Shown here: in pieces, positions 36,801 to 40,598 of the stretch | Layout: every line of letters begins with the position of its first letter | How positions within the stretch are numbered: position 1 is the first letter of the stretch | DNA from: a bacterium | GTDB taxonomy: Bacteria > Electryoneota > RPQS01 | Direction: 5' to 3' | Length of the DNA: 64,000 nucleotides | Assembly (NCBI GenBank): GCA_016702305.1 | Contig: JADJEH010000001.1 | Span: 395,797-459,796, forward strand | Notes under the pieces: model-generated | Told to the model about the DNA's origin: nothing | The model's input: the letters and a program-made list of their open reading frames with translations, nothing else | Database searches by the model: none | Position numbers and translations under genes: made by a program

Positions 36801-39024
36801 CGTGCTGTTCAACATCGGCGATGGCAACCAGACCCTGACCAAGGGTATGTCCGCCGCGTCGCGTGTAACGGGCAAGGGCAACGTTGCTTCCAAGAATGAA
36901 GCCTCGATCGGCCGCGATGAGCGCGAGACGCTGGACGACAACGGTTCAGGTATCATTACCGACCGCGTGTGGTTCGTCGTCGTCCCGCCGCGTGGCGAGG
37001 TCCTGCGCTACGAAGACGAAGAAGACTTCATCGAACGTACACGCTCCAGCGCCAAGGTCGTCCTTGTGGATCCGATCGCCGGCGTGTGGACTGTGAACGC
37101 GTACGCTGAAGACTGCGTGGGCAACCTGGCCACGTGGACCTGGACATTCCGCGTCCTGAGCACCGGCCCGATCGTTGAGTTCGGCACGGTGGAAGACGGC
37201 AGCTGCCAGTACAATGGCTTCTGGAACCCCGACTTCCCGCTGGACTTCACGGCCACGGTTCAGGAGAACGACGGCGCCAACGTCCGCAACGGCGACATCG
37301 CCGCGCACTTCGTCGGCCTCTATGACAATGACGGTCAGATCACCGAATACGATCTGACGGCGAACGTATCGCTCGACATCAACCCGGCGTACGACAACGG
37401 TAATACGAACCAGACGTTCACGGTGAACGGCACAGCGACCTTCGGTGACTTCGGCGGTCATGGTACCCCGAATGACATCCGCATCGTCCTGACCGCCGGT
37501 GACCAGTACGGCATGGTTACGGAAATCGTGCAGACGTGGGTCGTGGACGAGACGGCCCCGGTGGTTCAGGTCATCAGCCCGCTGGATAGCAGCGTGGTCA
37601 ACGGTGATCTGCCTGTGACGATCAGTGCCCACTTCTTCGACGACGAAGAATTCAGCGCCGTCGGCATGCCGGGCAACGACATGCTGCTCGATAAGAACGT
37701 CACTCCGGCGACGGGCTTCATCGGTACCGGCAACAAGGGTGAGAAGGGCGATAAGGTCAGCACGATCAGCACCACCAAGCTAGACCTTGGCGCCTGGCGT
37801 GATGCGCTGTCCCGCGGCTTCTCGAGCCTTGACGGCAACAGCGGCGTGGATCCGCAGTGTATCGAGATGTTCCTCCACAATCACTCGACGGGTGTTCGCA
37901 CTGAGCTGACGCCGGAATCGGTGATCAATGGCGGCATCATTACCTGGTCTGGCAACCTTGAAGACGGTGCCTACAGCGTCATCCTGACGGTCTGTGACTA
38001 CGTCTGCAACACGAGCAGCAAGGTCTGGAGCTTCCAGGTCGTTGGCTTCGAAGGCTGCCTGAGCGAAATCTACTTCCTCGAACCGTTCCATGTGTCGGCC
38101 ATGCCGCATTGCTTCGAAGCCAGCTTCGAATGTGATCAGGTTGACCGCAGCACGGTGACGATGACGCTGGAAGGTGCCATGCTGGTGGACGACCAGCTTG
38201 TCTGGGCCCCGATCGTGGTGGAAGCGCCGGTCACCTTCAGTGAAGGCGTCGCTTCCTACTGCGCTAACTTTGACCTCACTGGTCTGCAGAGCATCCGCGC
38301 CACGTTGAACGGTTCGTTCAGCGGTGGTGCCCCGATGGCGCCGATCACACAGGTCTATACGGTAGACACCGGTGCCCCGATCTTCACGAATGTTGATCCG
38401 GCTTCCGATCCGGATAACCCGCTGGCCATTGGTGAAGCCCTCAACTTCCGAGTTGACTTTGCTGAAGTCGGTACGGTTGGTCTGGATCCGGAAAGCATCC
38501 GCATCTGGTGGACGACTGAAGATGGTGGCGCGATTGAGGGTACGTCGAACGTCAGCATCGCCGGCAACGGCCTGACGGGCTACGCAACCCTGGCCCTCGG
38601 CCCGCAGACAGCTGGCGTGTACTACCTGCACGCAGACGTGAGCGACCTGGCCGGCAACCGTGCGACCGAGCAGTGGATGTACCGTGTCGGTCACGAGCAG
38701 ATCAATCTTGGTGGCGAAACGTACAACTATCCGAATCCGTTCACGAAGGAAGACGGTCACACGACCTTCGTCCTGCCGATCGAACCGGGTTCCGGTGACG
38801 GTGCGTACGTCAGCATCATGATCTACGACTTCTCGGGCCGCTTCGTCGCGAAGGTGTTCGATGGCGTACTTGCCGATAACAACGCGTCCATTACGTGGGC
38901 CGGTACCAACGACAAGGGCGAAGAAGTCGCCAACGGCGTGTACCTTGCCAACGTTAAGGTCACGGGCGATGGCGTCACCTTGAACAACATCGTGAAGGTC
39001 GCCTACAAAAAGGCGAGCAACTAA
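15805..39024 (+). CDS. Giant secreted surface protein (about 7,739 aa) with T9SS-type C-terminal sorting domain
   Basis: The frame is uninterrupted from 15634 to 39024 (track: 7796 aa). I place the start at ATG 15805 because AGGAG lies 9 nt upstream and the N-terminus MRSKTLFVWLVSSISLMLCLLTPQMASAQ is a signal peptide. Inside are two P-domains, at least 24 D-x-x-x-P module boundaries paired with D-x-A-G-N motifs, D-x-D-x-D-G loops, and a C-terminal Por-tail/FlgD-Ig-like domain. Confidence 0.9.
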   Translation: MRSKTLFVWLVSSISLMLCLLTPQMASAQINVDPEVNALCIEDPALPSNGVVDELTDRLQITVRAAYSDIYCDSVRAGLDPSPPGLPPGLENLGELLPLVPVAIFSCPSGVTDLLYEMTVNVTLGQGLNGAALDSCLVIATLTFFPGGANVDAGDVVGTGVTWLGYDDDGEVAIPTVCLDFGFTFIAPCDIRSGCALINYREGGGIAFDGIVAIGDTVWMDSTVAASIDTMAAGDTLVWDGSALTCDIADVNLFYNDTIIVAECAWENGLVNACHNDTIWLYYVQWDAAGGDDFFDGTVVDSVPCVRPIDNSPPTLDQACIDSCTITQNNYLDNDTIAGCGDVFVIWMSTIQNGFPTRTDPDWNCDGDSVLEDVSLATPWYVDCDTNSQNFDVSWMAVRLRDIVPLDSLFPMNEDSIDLLSLDSVWVSARFGTTANPGSANDLMYIEIPIDTVWWDYVQMCVLEGLIDGDTIYVHSIDDAGNASNASPFGDSVGTLVGCDACLDNVPPDLPGSDIYWSYDGVDNFCNQRFSPYDSALATFYINLSPDSIRWYLDAVDSVYDTTNYLDVLENVYLIGFDVRQIPDDDPDTPTGAPITLLDYFHPMAKPDSINWDWRSPYVPGIDSSACFTWYGKDGPDSLDPDFDFLSDYCPWGMLVGITEARYMDAGGCNAVLGSDHDGSTSILDGYTQLNALYSVVDSCFPTTTITFDLDTLEGPALGLGPDYGSVNDPYLWTNGENYPFLKFKARRFYTQGMIDTCLAEQLCYTVKIDSLYTQGPWPFAADSFYINEDDAINGGSDTRTCRPIEFFFNDINSDTISFEWEFDGPGDTEIPDGLYCLSLELQDNAGNVFVGDTICIWKNGLGPAIDSVAVVNDNLDCTTNFFIGESLCVWIQTDTTATEVLFDFSCILNIDSVAPDQDTVLVTTPYAATNTFKRWYACLLIQPGMVDSSNTDLNDYRINPYEPDCEDAGEYGIISVIAYDSDGNSTEATQDDGTCVIALLGPSRCPRIVGPIEFWYYDPDTVFSLEADINANYTDIFNFDNFGPMPDWNAFSPGSVDSAGAYNSMTNPAHDQVHDSIWVRLLIDTLSITQADNFGDPFDDDVYHDTLVVEFRNPDNSRSRYVRKPLFRPGPTCTNYDGIPPCQDPPDNTIYDGRLELDEHVQALAEFRYMWNGTWFVNAGADSQMLVPITGQDTIIVAAWTVDGDSMVDSISVDSIFFLVCDTTFAELDVDNENPEFLEWTGIAAGVREEDTHSTATVDNIGWDGDCGFRYAEGDTFQLVVRASEQVHYDSLAYPNTDGSDYGVGGIGDWIETGQWQISLVDSTAGLLIENPDNPGTYVTVELLSVTPDSLANNEWQYTLVGTLSNLPVDTFIYNACFVIRGAWDQGGNPGRYNEPSFSDAFEDDSFEDTTFCLHLIPCDPWAAGCPDVYGPDNILGWIAPEDTNITVCATIIETCELTMCTPGVREDSLRVVEGDFQRITDDPNPWILPDSVGDWFIYYGPFGDSLGWARMYYWQLRADSSDLATIWCDGDFLDFEIRFVSWEGVRDSMTFDECVQVDVNEPRWVEWNLYDSTGTILDELDGALPCAQPDQTMTLMGCVWDSGVDCEDGEGIGVDTSMIWADLSQLLQDAAADSVEPDCVVVQGIYTGVYPYVGPPVQIFDNSTSTAEINDPDAGDILDVNVTIGDLQHTYVGDLALILESPNGTQVTLVNDEGGDGNNFVGVIFDDEAATDITSISASDDPFTGSYYPEGSLSDFDGENPNGVWTLYVNDDTGVDEGFLNSWSLEITYQNGPELKVQAFWTFVPDSQFFCINTVDPWFRFHAAHDIIGHHDRELYMQDTLNFCSDCVPPYIYNAEVYCECDTLLAGVDPEEEQGDLHFLSTGSDVRMVVNIADVDSDSSLGLAYDFMWADLSSIDTTLSWEQGACFWSTETEAGDTTVVIWGDVTDCAAPGFCAGNTPIELNAVYNNGETIYVRFALADSAGNVDTVLYAVGVYDSLPPIVDFIYTIGDDSIRGYVSPGDDHIHVFADINGYAADLVSAPEHVWADFSQFQCDSASKSWYDTVYANYVEDLGGGNFRAWWGWYPGSWTGDPFDLTYLIPGDTTSLPWDTLSACESCSTWEIGAEGTYDSLWVYVTDAACNAGQHFNVWEASGCDSTTPGLDSVWVWGNNCEVGWISSTPLDSGHIEVWAWMDTTFNELIDTLMIDSLQVNLIQLGSPRWDHTNWSTPEFFGGWPVYGTDPTPDSTKWEIIEVDGRNRLVGKWLWLTADGMGDCEQVIVPVKSIRQTGLGGSHGYYMDVEYGYARVDTTRPVIYDMRVHSNTTTIAETTWVTPNYPLCVEFWAYDTSCDPEETDHIGFDLTHGEGGPGPWISFQCGGILDSLWTWDTTAFEVTWYNGWNGVDPIDLDSASRADSICIKFTGQPVYDDSCNAIDLDDLEGCVTAYIEDCLSNPAVPVTKTVTTDDRPPMFVNSLPWGDYTIATGFPGDPDINGIDSVLVLQNSNYGLDWDSTMFVYVIVDNAPGDTLMSWEKTYIDFTGFMNDALQYPDSIYYNIDGNHRDSILWVIPLYDDMGGGALFNTNIVSDRYWWHLYLSDSLCNRASFYCMDLDSAVSFTIQNWTSPTTGMLLLCDSNTVAGSDTDFVDMFNMDLWNNEKVSPDEAKENLYKIWYSDDSGFWNWYSHEDVNQTRFFVFVEDTVLQSDDIDNDNDGLFDETGEGVDFYTADLRINEFPQVGHVDSMNVEGVWINYLWFADNFSEGRYDVKLYISDIYGHRDTLACGDFALTFYEDETCPYGTDIYAYDADETDTNLVTWCWNGAFTGSVSPNGFTADDSIFVGDDFDSLVVFLYDPIILDQYARGSGVDFDTTTTVDSTNWNAGLASSVRLLDPNGAEVAFVQVYDTSDGFAYDSKPIYLIDPTGNALEGHPDGEYTINVVALDNMGNSCEYNWTFVLDRTCPDIADFFVTHPGQIVPQADLFTSWDYVELRANVFDSLGVFENVRFDYAFDANRDGEVDAYTYWQTRNIWVSGSSSEDGHPEWPYAAYWNIRNLTWNSEDTLGLPPVNPDSCLNTWFVRVHAWDKFGNYCADTITVHITDDIAPLAYISNVDGDDTPQSALIECFEPNVDTDSLVELRAFDFQGGLYDPLPGDTTFAVFSYSNPETDLYFDSSDPYETTIQVTEDFSLLDVNVVLENLDGPYQGCLYVELESPNGTIVTLMDDQGEWYWEWTEADIVLDDEAFMGMEFYGDEFADNDAYWPYENLSVFDGESSLGTWTLRVWDDCGYSGELGGWGLVLTERPIGGLATYQWFDLAKGMFQFKYFEAPGVYTPGNADPATGWVTIQTPGQDSVTYRQPGSEDFVAMWNIAGLQSHQYNLRFLSADVCDNVDALNTPVITVRIECDTTAPLALICFPTPDLCVTNMHCDTTAWVPVQSTAPIMSDVDSIAYFFVDSLSVPGLGIHQFIGGTNSADSVVSGWAYYHSTAWNTDNLLSGWYWLYAVAYDDAGLYDTDPIWTRVFVDNTAPMVTECWIGDYNSGDMFASIQTVGEGNYFYLRANAEDNIGLDHNCGISGVQFQFLDRFGNWKNLESANDWYEAWGADVYCDWNYGFVYEPSSNGYYELGVYFQDFGNSPLDSVRFRAYAIDNIEGEGWGQNNTQGDANRDCNLDRDLTCGEEICCSAIEIRDALPEGTNLWCFNHAWFQWGLPQYSAPTTPIFDGDKFSVCNYQTPLDTMLFVANVHEDVEDEWLMYFKYWRADGSTDTFDIPNDFTLNPALPRNADGAVVLESTWDSVYVVWTGARAWLDSADAADGLEYARWDFVAYVEDLTGNQEPWWSQNTCFINTFCPPNTPITDVTYVTNDVADPENRVRVTEEVSWQDDVTDTVEVLYNRTTDYGSNDPEALVQFYVDADAIRNCHADSFDVFNVELWQLADNGELEALCDEGELVDFDYFSSFKAWDQFPPDMGTEQYEFGVYFDNSYAPGTYNFAVVVNWVGYDGVELDTLNEGDTDCDGSVEESDFTRIDLVVRIVNVNEPQVVFCYPNYGDVCGAHNTVPLSANDVSDPNYFSGDIDTVWFQRWDGDSWVAVTDAITGRSYDTQPGTATVRFELDEKEVPGMAGWYYNMSGNNTDPVYSWYADRDLFPDVAVYIWELDQFFPMADGGAGFWTADIYLNHGDDACYNYSFVIDANDNNIWENPGTDRWVDDPRNLDWEDQDPIAYDRCSDDQLDSYESYETAFSTLCLCEYVINFNSITVGDGHHEFRTVVGWHDDVAYHVIENPAPGDSLHVFFVDNDEPGATHDIEFDNFWLNGGRCDTEDFAYFVTDIQPVDGDYRLVVEDICAVIYQVSLTSNPQQDSSWRNVYTVYSNDDMGWTEAWPGEWEAYNPLEDDIDNDGDGLVDETYDVQAGDGRGEENTLFWSRSIVTDHCGNTYCTNAESLWVDVSEPRACVELIGGIEPGVNGNDVIIVPDSRDLEIVAVNQDYAGFDPSILGVFQYRTLNPIGPWTNIQADEASNDTTRHDGDTLRATWDLLTYFEETGNDPEGWYQLRVIAIDTVNNTDMCDNDVCYVTIRLNDNQPAARIAIHQIISEGEEVASSCTTDSSYYMQTADDPYCIQAVFAPTNIDTGLASITFQYAEVSGDVVSNWRNIETIYDPINNGLNGDTTQCVYFQPQPEDVGDQEIFWIRAIVEDYNGNDTSDAVVLYIDALPPTGAGTAVTTAEVATACGDRCWLDITPGAAMINMLFDADELSGEFNEDEVWLTAVREDSNYWYNFGAMTRSDDDEWYFDFGGDLCDYWRDRQGDAGLDYGCYIFTVHFTDCQGNEDSVQVSTTCDGQTTNLVCIDCYPAVPEHTDIQSLSFQGYDCVEEDWTTLYDNILDGTTEIGGEQAVSVAGVIPSYEQDIWYMVLYVESEDAGVAATAVDTFWWNPTYNSHEYPGWNISWNLADTTDEGAAMYPSGYYRVWARAHDAICQIEPIEMLDEFWVHVDHAEPVADITEVNGEPVTEENTWIEINAGEDNPATLWIEWTDGLNPDDSTQTNNIVELWCKNIWHPNQADAWTQCGTIPSPCNPHYAELDLTNITCGDSLHVIAIAQDRWENGDLDVERVMSAFDEGHAINIYIFDTTPPSSMVWSVGLTEEPWCDDDRDQGVNGLWIVDQQTNTVSVGALGDIHDIWLQAFTTIGDDWPSINGDVERVYFEYSFDGTTWFEIGVDEEDSEPCAWEGEQPNPWWDGVDHDIFWSVVWDVSGMAGDVWVRSWAQDECGNSEEMESYIVSFDVMAPMAQVFVWENGVNVDQLETCDNWTEPQIGDSVERFTMLTVGACADEVEGDAYGAHWFIKRAEDHPLEMWSWCYFGDDSTGPFSVNNVDLWHNDCPAPQPGLWYDVAVLTTDQAGNELTWTQFLNYGQGMTVEEKWAWLMANGYVKRFYVADTQAPTAHDLQATPDCTPDSSVIFLHGDITLTAEVDDEDVEAVTFAFLEVGSNGPWTVIERASREHGIQSIQGPNGEFVLAEGTWNTELLNGTYWLGAFAEDNFGNMDGDLSMGAEGRPAQALWQVNIDNEAPEALIVEVWRDGVPVTNIERGAEHTFVINASDNFGLRQVQLYYRAQNGEPAALALIDTDGNFPYSFNWTAPTTMVVTWQYDFLAVATDLCEWTDMYDAQGSYLVDWTATVVDEEANLSITTIGGYPAEETPHVNGENVCIEVSSEPNLDYVRFVWIRGGDTTEIETIQNPVGTIYWNLCGWDVTTIDEGPAQLCAIGSADLGGDLVTMAQDCRNIVIDHSLTWTLTDNMPDSHGLVGGYCSLTRPLAIDGNPDDIWVRFNNQLTDAGLDTVWFEWKNAADPNDDTFWSGIGYAYQDAGVTGNWIYSWDAYDYFEGSCLTISLRAVLSDNAVPTSNLAYVLFADSVRVDNCPPDVQFTNVNGDMSPEGTVVPWGEIVNMVATAQDIFGNGGNSDVDSVCFYGGNTVDEVDLISCDTQGPLWSAQVATTDIGPNNNYYLRVVAWDEAGNCSEHAITIYVEDSQFQRACIVGFDADNEFACNDYLYAVTDDCDTNWTAQVQFQISLNQGGSWIPLADAVNTRVDQCNEWLGWHLWQITLEFDEYPANAWFRAVAWDESGNVDPNAAIWRRQDVTVTEEVQIWTPDWVRVPSNGEQQPWVLTTLEDYTENCLIEAGVVCIEPEAGSSFYAGELPLNTRPCQLEDEDGQITVFTSNKVQQGDNIFTQITTYSMDIHEANYQGGSNGTLVSEDGALEVTIPAWGTGWAGSLWFESYLPSQSHSLVPAYQYYYTLISNVVEIQSDDLDDLDIVQPASSFRMHFDNSLLPENAEEWQVVVAYWNWDDEDESGQYNGMWQEWGITYNDRDLENGIVDFQWTPDWDVSDLTSVCPDRARFAVFITSIRPISENVHLNNGGDCDPSYDESGLNYYNGVPVTDCNPQWWVVLGQGEYPPTPDRVDVWLDGIRIVNDGEPAYTEGWYEENQCDGYDVFIIDYDEITGIMAVSFNPDANSCGPWFGCLTQGTHTIQYYLDDRPTNVTPFYVDLTPPTAHTEPTYIGDVSITLWADLVDRESGIDTVSVYLDLANCGVENSQYVHEVTAEAMTFEPIYEDEALIGYRASVTVQWDGLIDNIFYDWYDEETGYYFGTDCPLTLCAHWHVYNNVCNYNDETQDYRYTVDIVPPVITPVSPIGAAIDDDGDGTPNEDPVDCSNNDGDFFWTHDWGWSDRYDEDPINFAADTFNCGERLPIQGSISDWGRCCYGAAGVNLSGVQFVIDGVAFTAADTTNEGLNFFINSPGQNDFVFNFGGPTSGEAADMFYTPGPHSVAMFVPDNAGNIGTTDAQSITWNYYVACPGPAVDFNEGACGTWFNPEYDSENPVEFNFIVTTVASAPIAPNGISYTVSTVPDGIVVSGPTTVDPAGEDTVEVEVMLDGSFPDGQTGLAVTVETRNIHFVAGGDNNGYNMSAQTYTADGCEPVETAHFPATDDSVQNEGNVVVEVQYNDDCNGVLFNIGDGNQTLTKGMSAASRVTGKGNVASKNEASIGRDERETLDDNGSGIITDRVWFVVVPPRGEVLRYEDEEDFIERTRSSAKVVLVDPIAGVWTVNAYAEDCVGNLATWTWTFRVLSTGPIVEFGTVEDGSCQYNGFWNPDFPLDFTATVQENDGANVRNGDIAAHFVGLYDNDGQITEYDLTANVSLDINPAYDNGNTNQTFTVNGTATFGDFGGHGTPNDIRIVLTAGDQYGMVTEIVQTWVVDETAPVVQVISPLDSSVVNGDLPVTISAHFFDDEEFSAVGMPGNDMLLDKNVTPATGFIGTGNKGEKGDKVSTISTTKLDLGAWRDALSRGFSSLDGNSGVDPQCIEMFLHNHSTGVRTELTPESVINGGIITWSGNLEDGAYSVILTVCDYVCNTSSKVWSFQVVGFEGCLSEIYFLEPFHVSAMPHCFEASFECDQVDRSTVTMTLEGAMLVDDQLVWAPIVVEAPVTFSEGVASYCANFDLTGLQSIRATLNGSFSGGAPMAPITQVYTVDTGAPIFTNVDPASDPDNPLAIGEALNFRVDFAEVGTVGLDPESIRIWWTTEDGGAIEGTSNVSIAGNGLTGYATLALGPQTAGVYYLHADVSDLAGNRATEQWMYRVGHEQINLGGETYNYPNPFTKEDGHTTFVLPIEPGSGDGAYVSIMIYDFSGRFVAKVFDGVLADNNASITWAGTNDKGEEVANGVYLANVKVTGDGVTLNNIVKVAYKKASN
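20782..21180 (+). other. Proprotein-convertase P-domain 1 (no adjacent subtilase domain)
   Basis: ILDVNVTIGDLQHTYVGDLALILESPNGTQVTLVNDEGG...FDGENPNGVWTLYVNDDTGVDEGFLNSWSLEITY follows the PF01483 pattern as I remember it. Confidence 0.75.
23914..23964 (+). other. Acidic D-x-D-x-D-G calcium-loop-like motif 1
   Basis: DDIDNDNDGLFDETGEG. Confidence 0.5.
25327..25701 (+). other. Proprotein-convertase P-domain 2 (divergent)
   Basis: LLDVNVVLENLDGPYQGCLYVELESPNGTIVTLMDDQG...VFDGESSLGTWTLRVWDDCGYSGELGGWGLVLTERP. Confidence 0.65.
28957..29007 (+). other. Acidic D-x-D-x-D-G calcium-loop-like motif 2
   Basis: EDDIDNDGDGLVDETYD, nearly the same as motif 1. Confidence 0.5.
35866..35928 (+). other. Acidic D-x-D-x-D-G calcium-loop-like motif 3
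   Basis: DDDGDGTPNEDPVDCSNNDGD. Confidence 0.45.
38722..39021 (+). other. T9SS C-terminal sorting domain (Por-tail / FlgD-Ig-like beta-sandwich) of the giant protein
   Basis: YNYPNPFTKEDGHTTFVLP...YVSIMIYDFSGRFVAKVF...ITWAGTNDKGEEVANGVYLANVKV...VKVAYKK. Confidence 0.75.
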
Positions 39025-39037
39025 TCAATAACCCGGT

Positions 39038-39074
39038 GGGTGGGGAAGGGCAACCTTCCCCACCCCTGAGTTTT
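39038..39074 (+). terminator. Strong hairpin after the giant ORF; possibly a leaky terminator or RNA-stabilising element
   Basis: A 12-bp perfect GC-rich stem (gggtggggaagg / ccttccccaccc) with a GCAA loop. The TTTT run starts only 5 nt after the stem, so it is not a textbook terminator. Confidence 0.4.
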
Positions 39075-39130
39075 CCCAATTCCGGAAGATGAAATACTTG
39101 AGAATAGCCGATAGGACAGGAGGAAGGGAT

Positions 39131-40576
39131 ATGACATCCCGAATTCGCAATACGGCGCTGGGCCTGTGCATGCTGATGCTGTTCGGTGTCTCTGCCGCCA
39201 ACGCGCAAAACTACGCCGCACCGTTCCTGCGGATGGGCGTCGGGGCGCGAGCGATGGCGATGGGTACCGCCCAAACCGCCGTTGCCAAGGACGCGACCGC
39301 GGCTTACTGGAACCCGGCGGCGCTACATTGGCTCCACAAATTTGAAGTGGCGCTGATGTACACTGGCGGTCTGGAAGCCGATCGAAACTACAATTACATC
39401 GGTGCATCGCTGTGCGCGGAGAAGATTGGTACCTTCGGCCTTTCTTGGCTCAACGCAGGCATCACCGGAATCGGTCAGTATGACGAAACCGGGGCCAAGA
39501 CCGGCAGCTTCGACGTGGGCGAAAACGCCTTCCAGTTGAGCTACGCACGTGGCCTCGGCAAGGGCTTCTCGCTCGGTTTGAGCGCGAAGTACTTGCAGGA
39601 AGACCTTGCCGATAACGACGGCTGGGGTCTCGATGCAGGCTTGCTGTTCCGCGCGTACGACGAACTGCAGTTCGGTTTTATGATGCGTGACGCCGCCGGT
39701 GAATACGGCGACGACAACGTGCCTTATGAAGCCCGCTTCGGTGTCGGCGTGAACCCGTGGAAGGGTGTGACTCTGACGAGTGACATCAACAAGATCGAAG
39801 ACGAAGACGCTTCGCTCGACCTCGGAGGCGCGTACGATTTCGAAGTCAGCGACAACGTGAGCTTCTATCTGGCCGCCGGTGTCAACGATATCGTTGAGAC
39901 GGATCAGGCCAATAGCGGTATCACAGCCGGCTTCGGTTTCGGATTCAAGAGCTTCGGCATTCAGTATGCCTACGTGGAAGAGCCGCAGGCGTTCTTGAAT
40001 GAGAATCACCGCATCTCGCTGAATTTCTTCTTCCAGGAGTGCAACGAGCTGACGAGCGCGATGGGTACGCTGAAGCGCGCCCGCCGCGAAGAAGCTATGG
40101 TGTGCAAGAACGACGGCCCGAAGGAATTCGTGCATCGTTACATCTTCGAAGGCAATCCGTCGCTGAAGCTCTCGCTTGAGCTGCTGCGTCCGGAACAGAA
40201 GGATTCGATGGAAACCGTGTGGATGGAAACGGGCGGCGTCGTTAGCTTCCCGGGTATCAATTTCGCCACGGGTTCCGCGGAAATCACCGACGAGTTCGCA
40301 CGCGTGCTCGACGGTGCTTCCAAGCTCATCAACGAGCATCCTGAAATCCAGCTTCTCGAAGTCCAAGGCCACACTGATAACACCGGTTCGGATGCGATCA
40401 ACAATCCGTTGTCGCAGGCCCGTGCCGATGCGGTGCGCAACTACTTGATCTCGCGCGGTGTTGATCCCAGCCGACTGGTGGCCAAGGGATATGGTTCGAC
40501 CAAGCCTGTTGCCAGCAATGCCAACGAGCAGGGCCGTTACCAGAACCGCCGTATTGACCTCGTGCGCATTCGGTAA
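39131..40576 (+). CDS. PorV/PorQ-family outer-membrane beta-barrel fused to a C-terminal OmpA-like peptidoglycan-binding domain
   Basis: ATG 39131 has GGAGGAAGGG upstream and gives the signal peptide MTSRIRNTALGLCMLMLFGVSAANAQ. The N-terminal FLRMGVGARAMAMGTAQTAVAKDATAAYWNPAAL matches my memory of the PorV/PorQ (UPF0164-like) signature, and an amphipathic strand pattern runs to about aa 300. The C-terminus INFATGSAEITDEF..LEVQGHTDNTGSDAINNPLSQARADAVRNYLISRGV..AKGYGSTKPVASN..NRRIDLV is a classic OmpA_C motif. Confidence 0.75.
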   Translation: MTSRIRNTALGLCMLMLFGVSAANAQNYAAPFLRMGVGARAMAMGTAQTAVAKDATAAYWNPAALHWLHKFEVALMYTGGLEADRNYNYIGASLCAEKIGTFGLSWLNAGITGIGQYDETGAKTGSFDVGENAFQLSYARGLGKGFSLGLSAKYLQEDLADNDGWGLDAGLLFRAYDELQFGFMMRDAAGEYGDDNVPYEARFGVGVNPWKGVTLTSDINKIEDEDASLDLGGAYDFEVSDNVSFYLAAGVNDIVETDQANSGITAGFGFGFKSFGIQYAYVEEPQAFLNENHRISLNFFFQECNELTSAMGTLKRARREEAMVCKNDGPKEFVHRYIFEGNPSLKLSLELLRPEQKDSMETVWMETGGVVSFPGINFATGSAEITDEFARVLDGASKLINEHPEIQLLEVQGHTDNTGSDAINNPLSQARADAVRNYLISRGVDPSRLVAKGYGSTKPVASNANEQGRYQNRRIDLVRIR

Positions 40577-40598
40577 GCGTTACTACCTTTGATACTGT

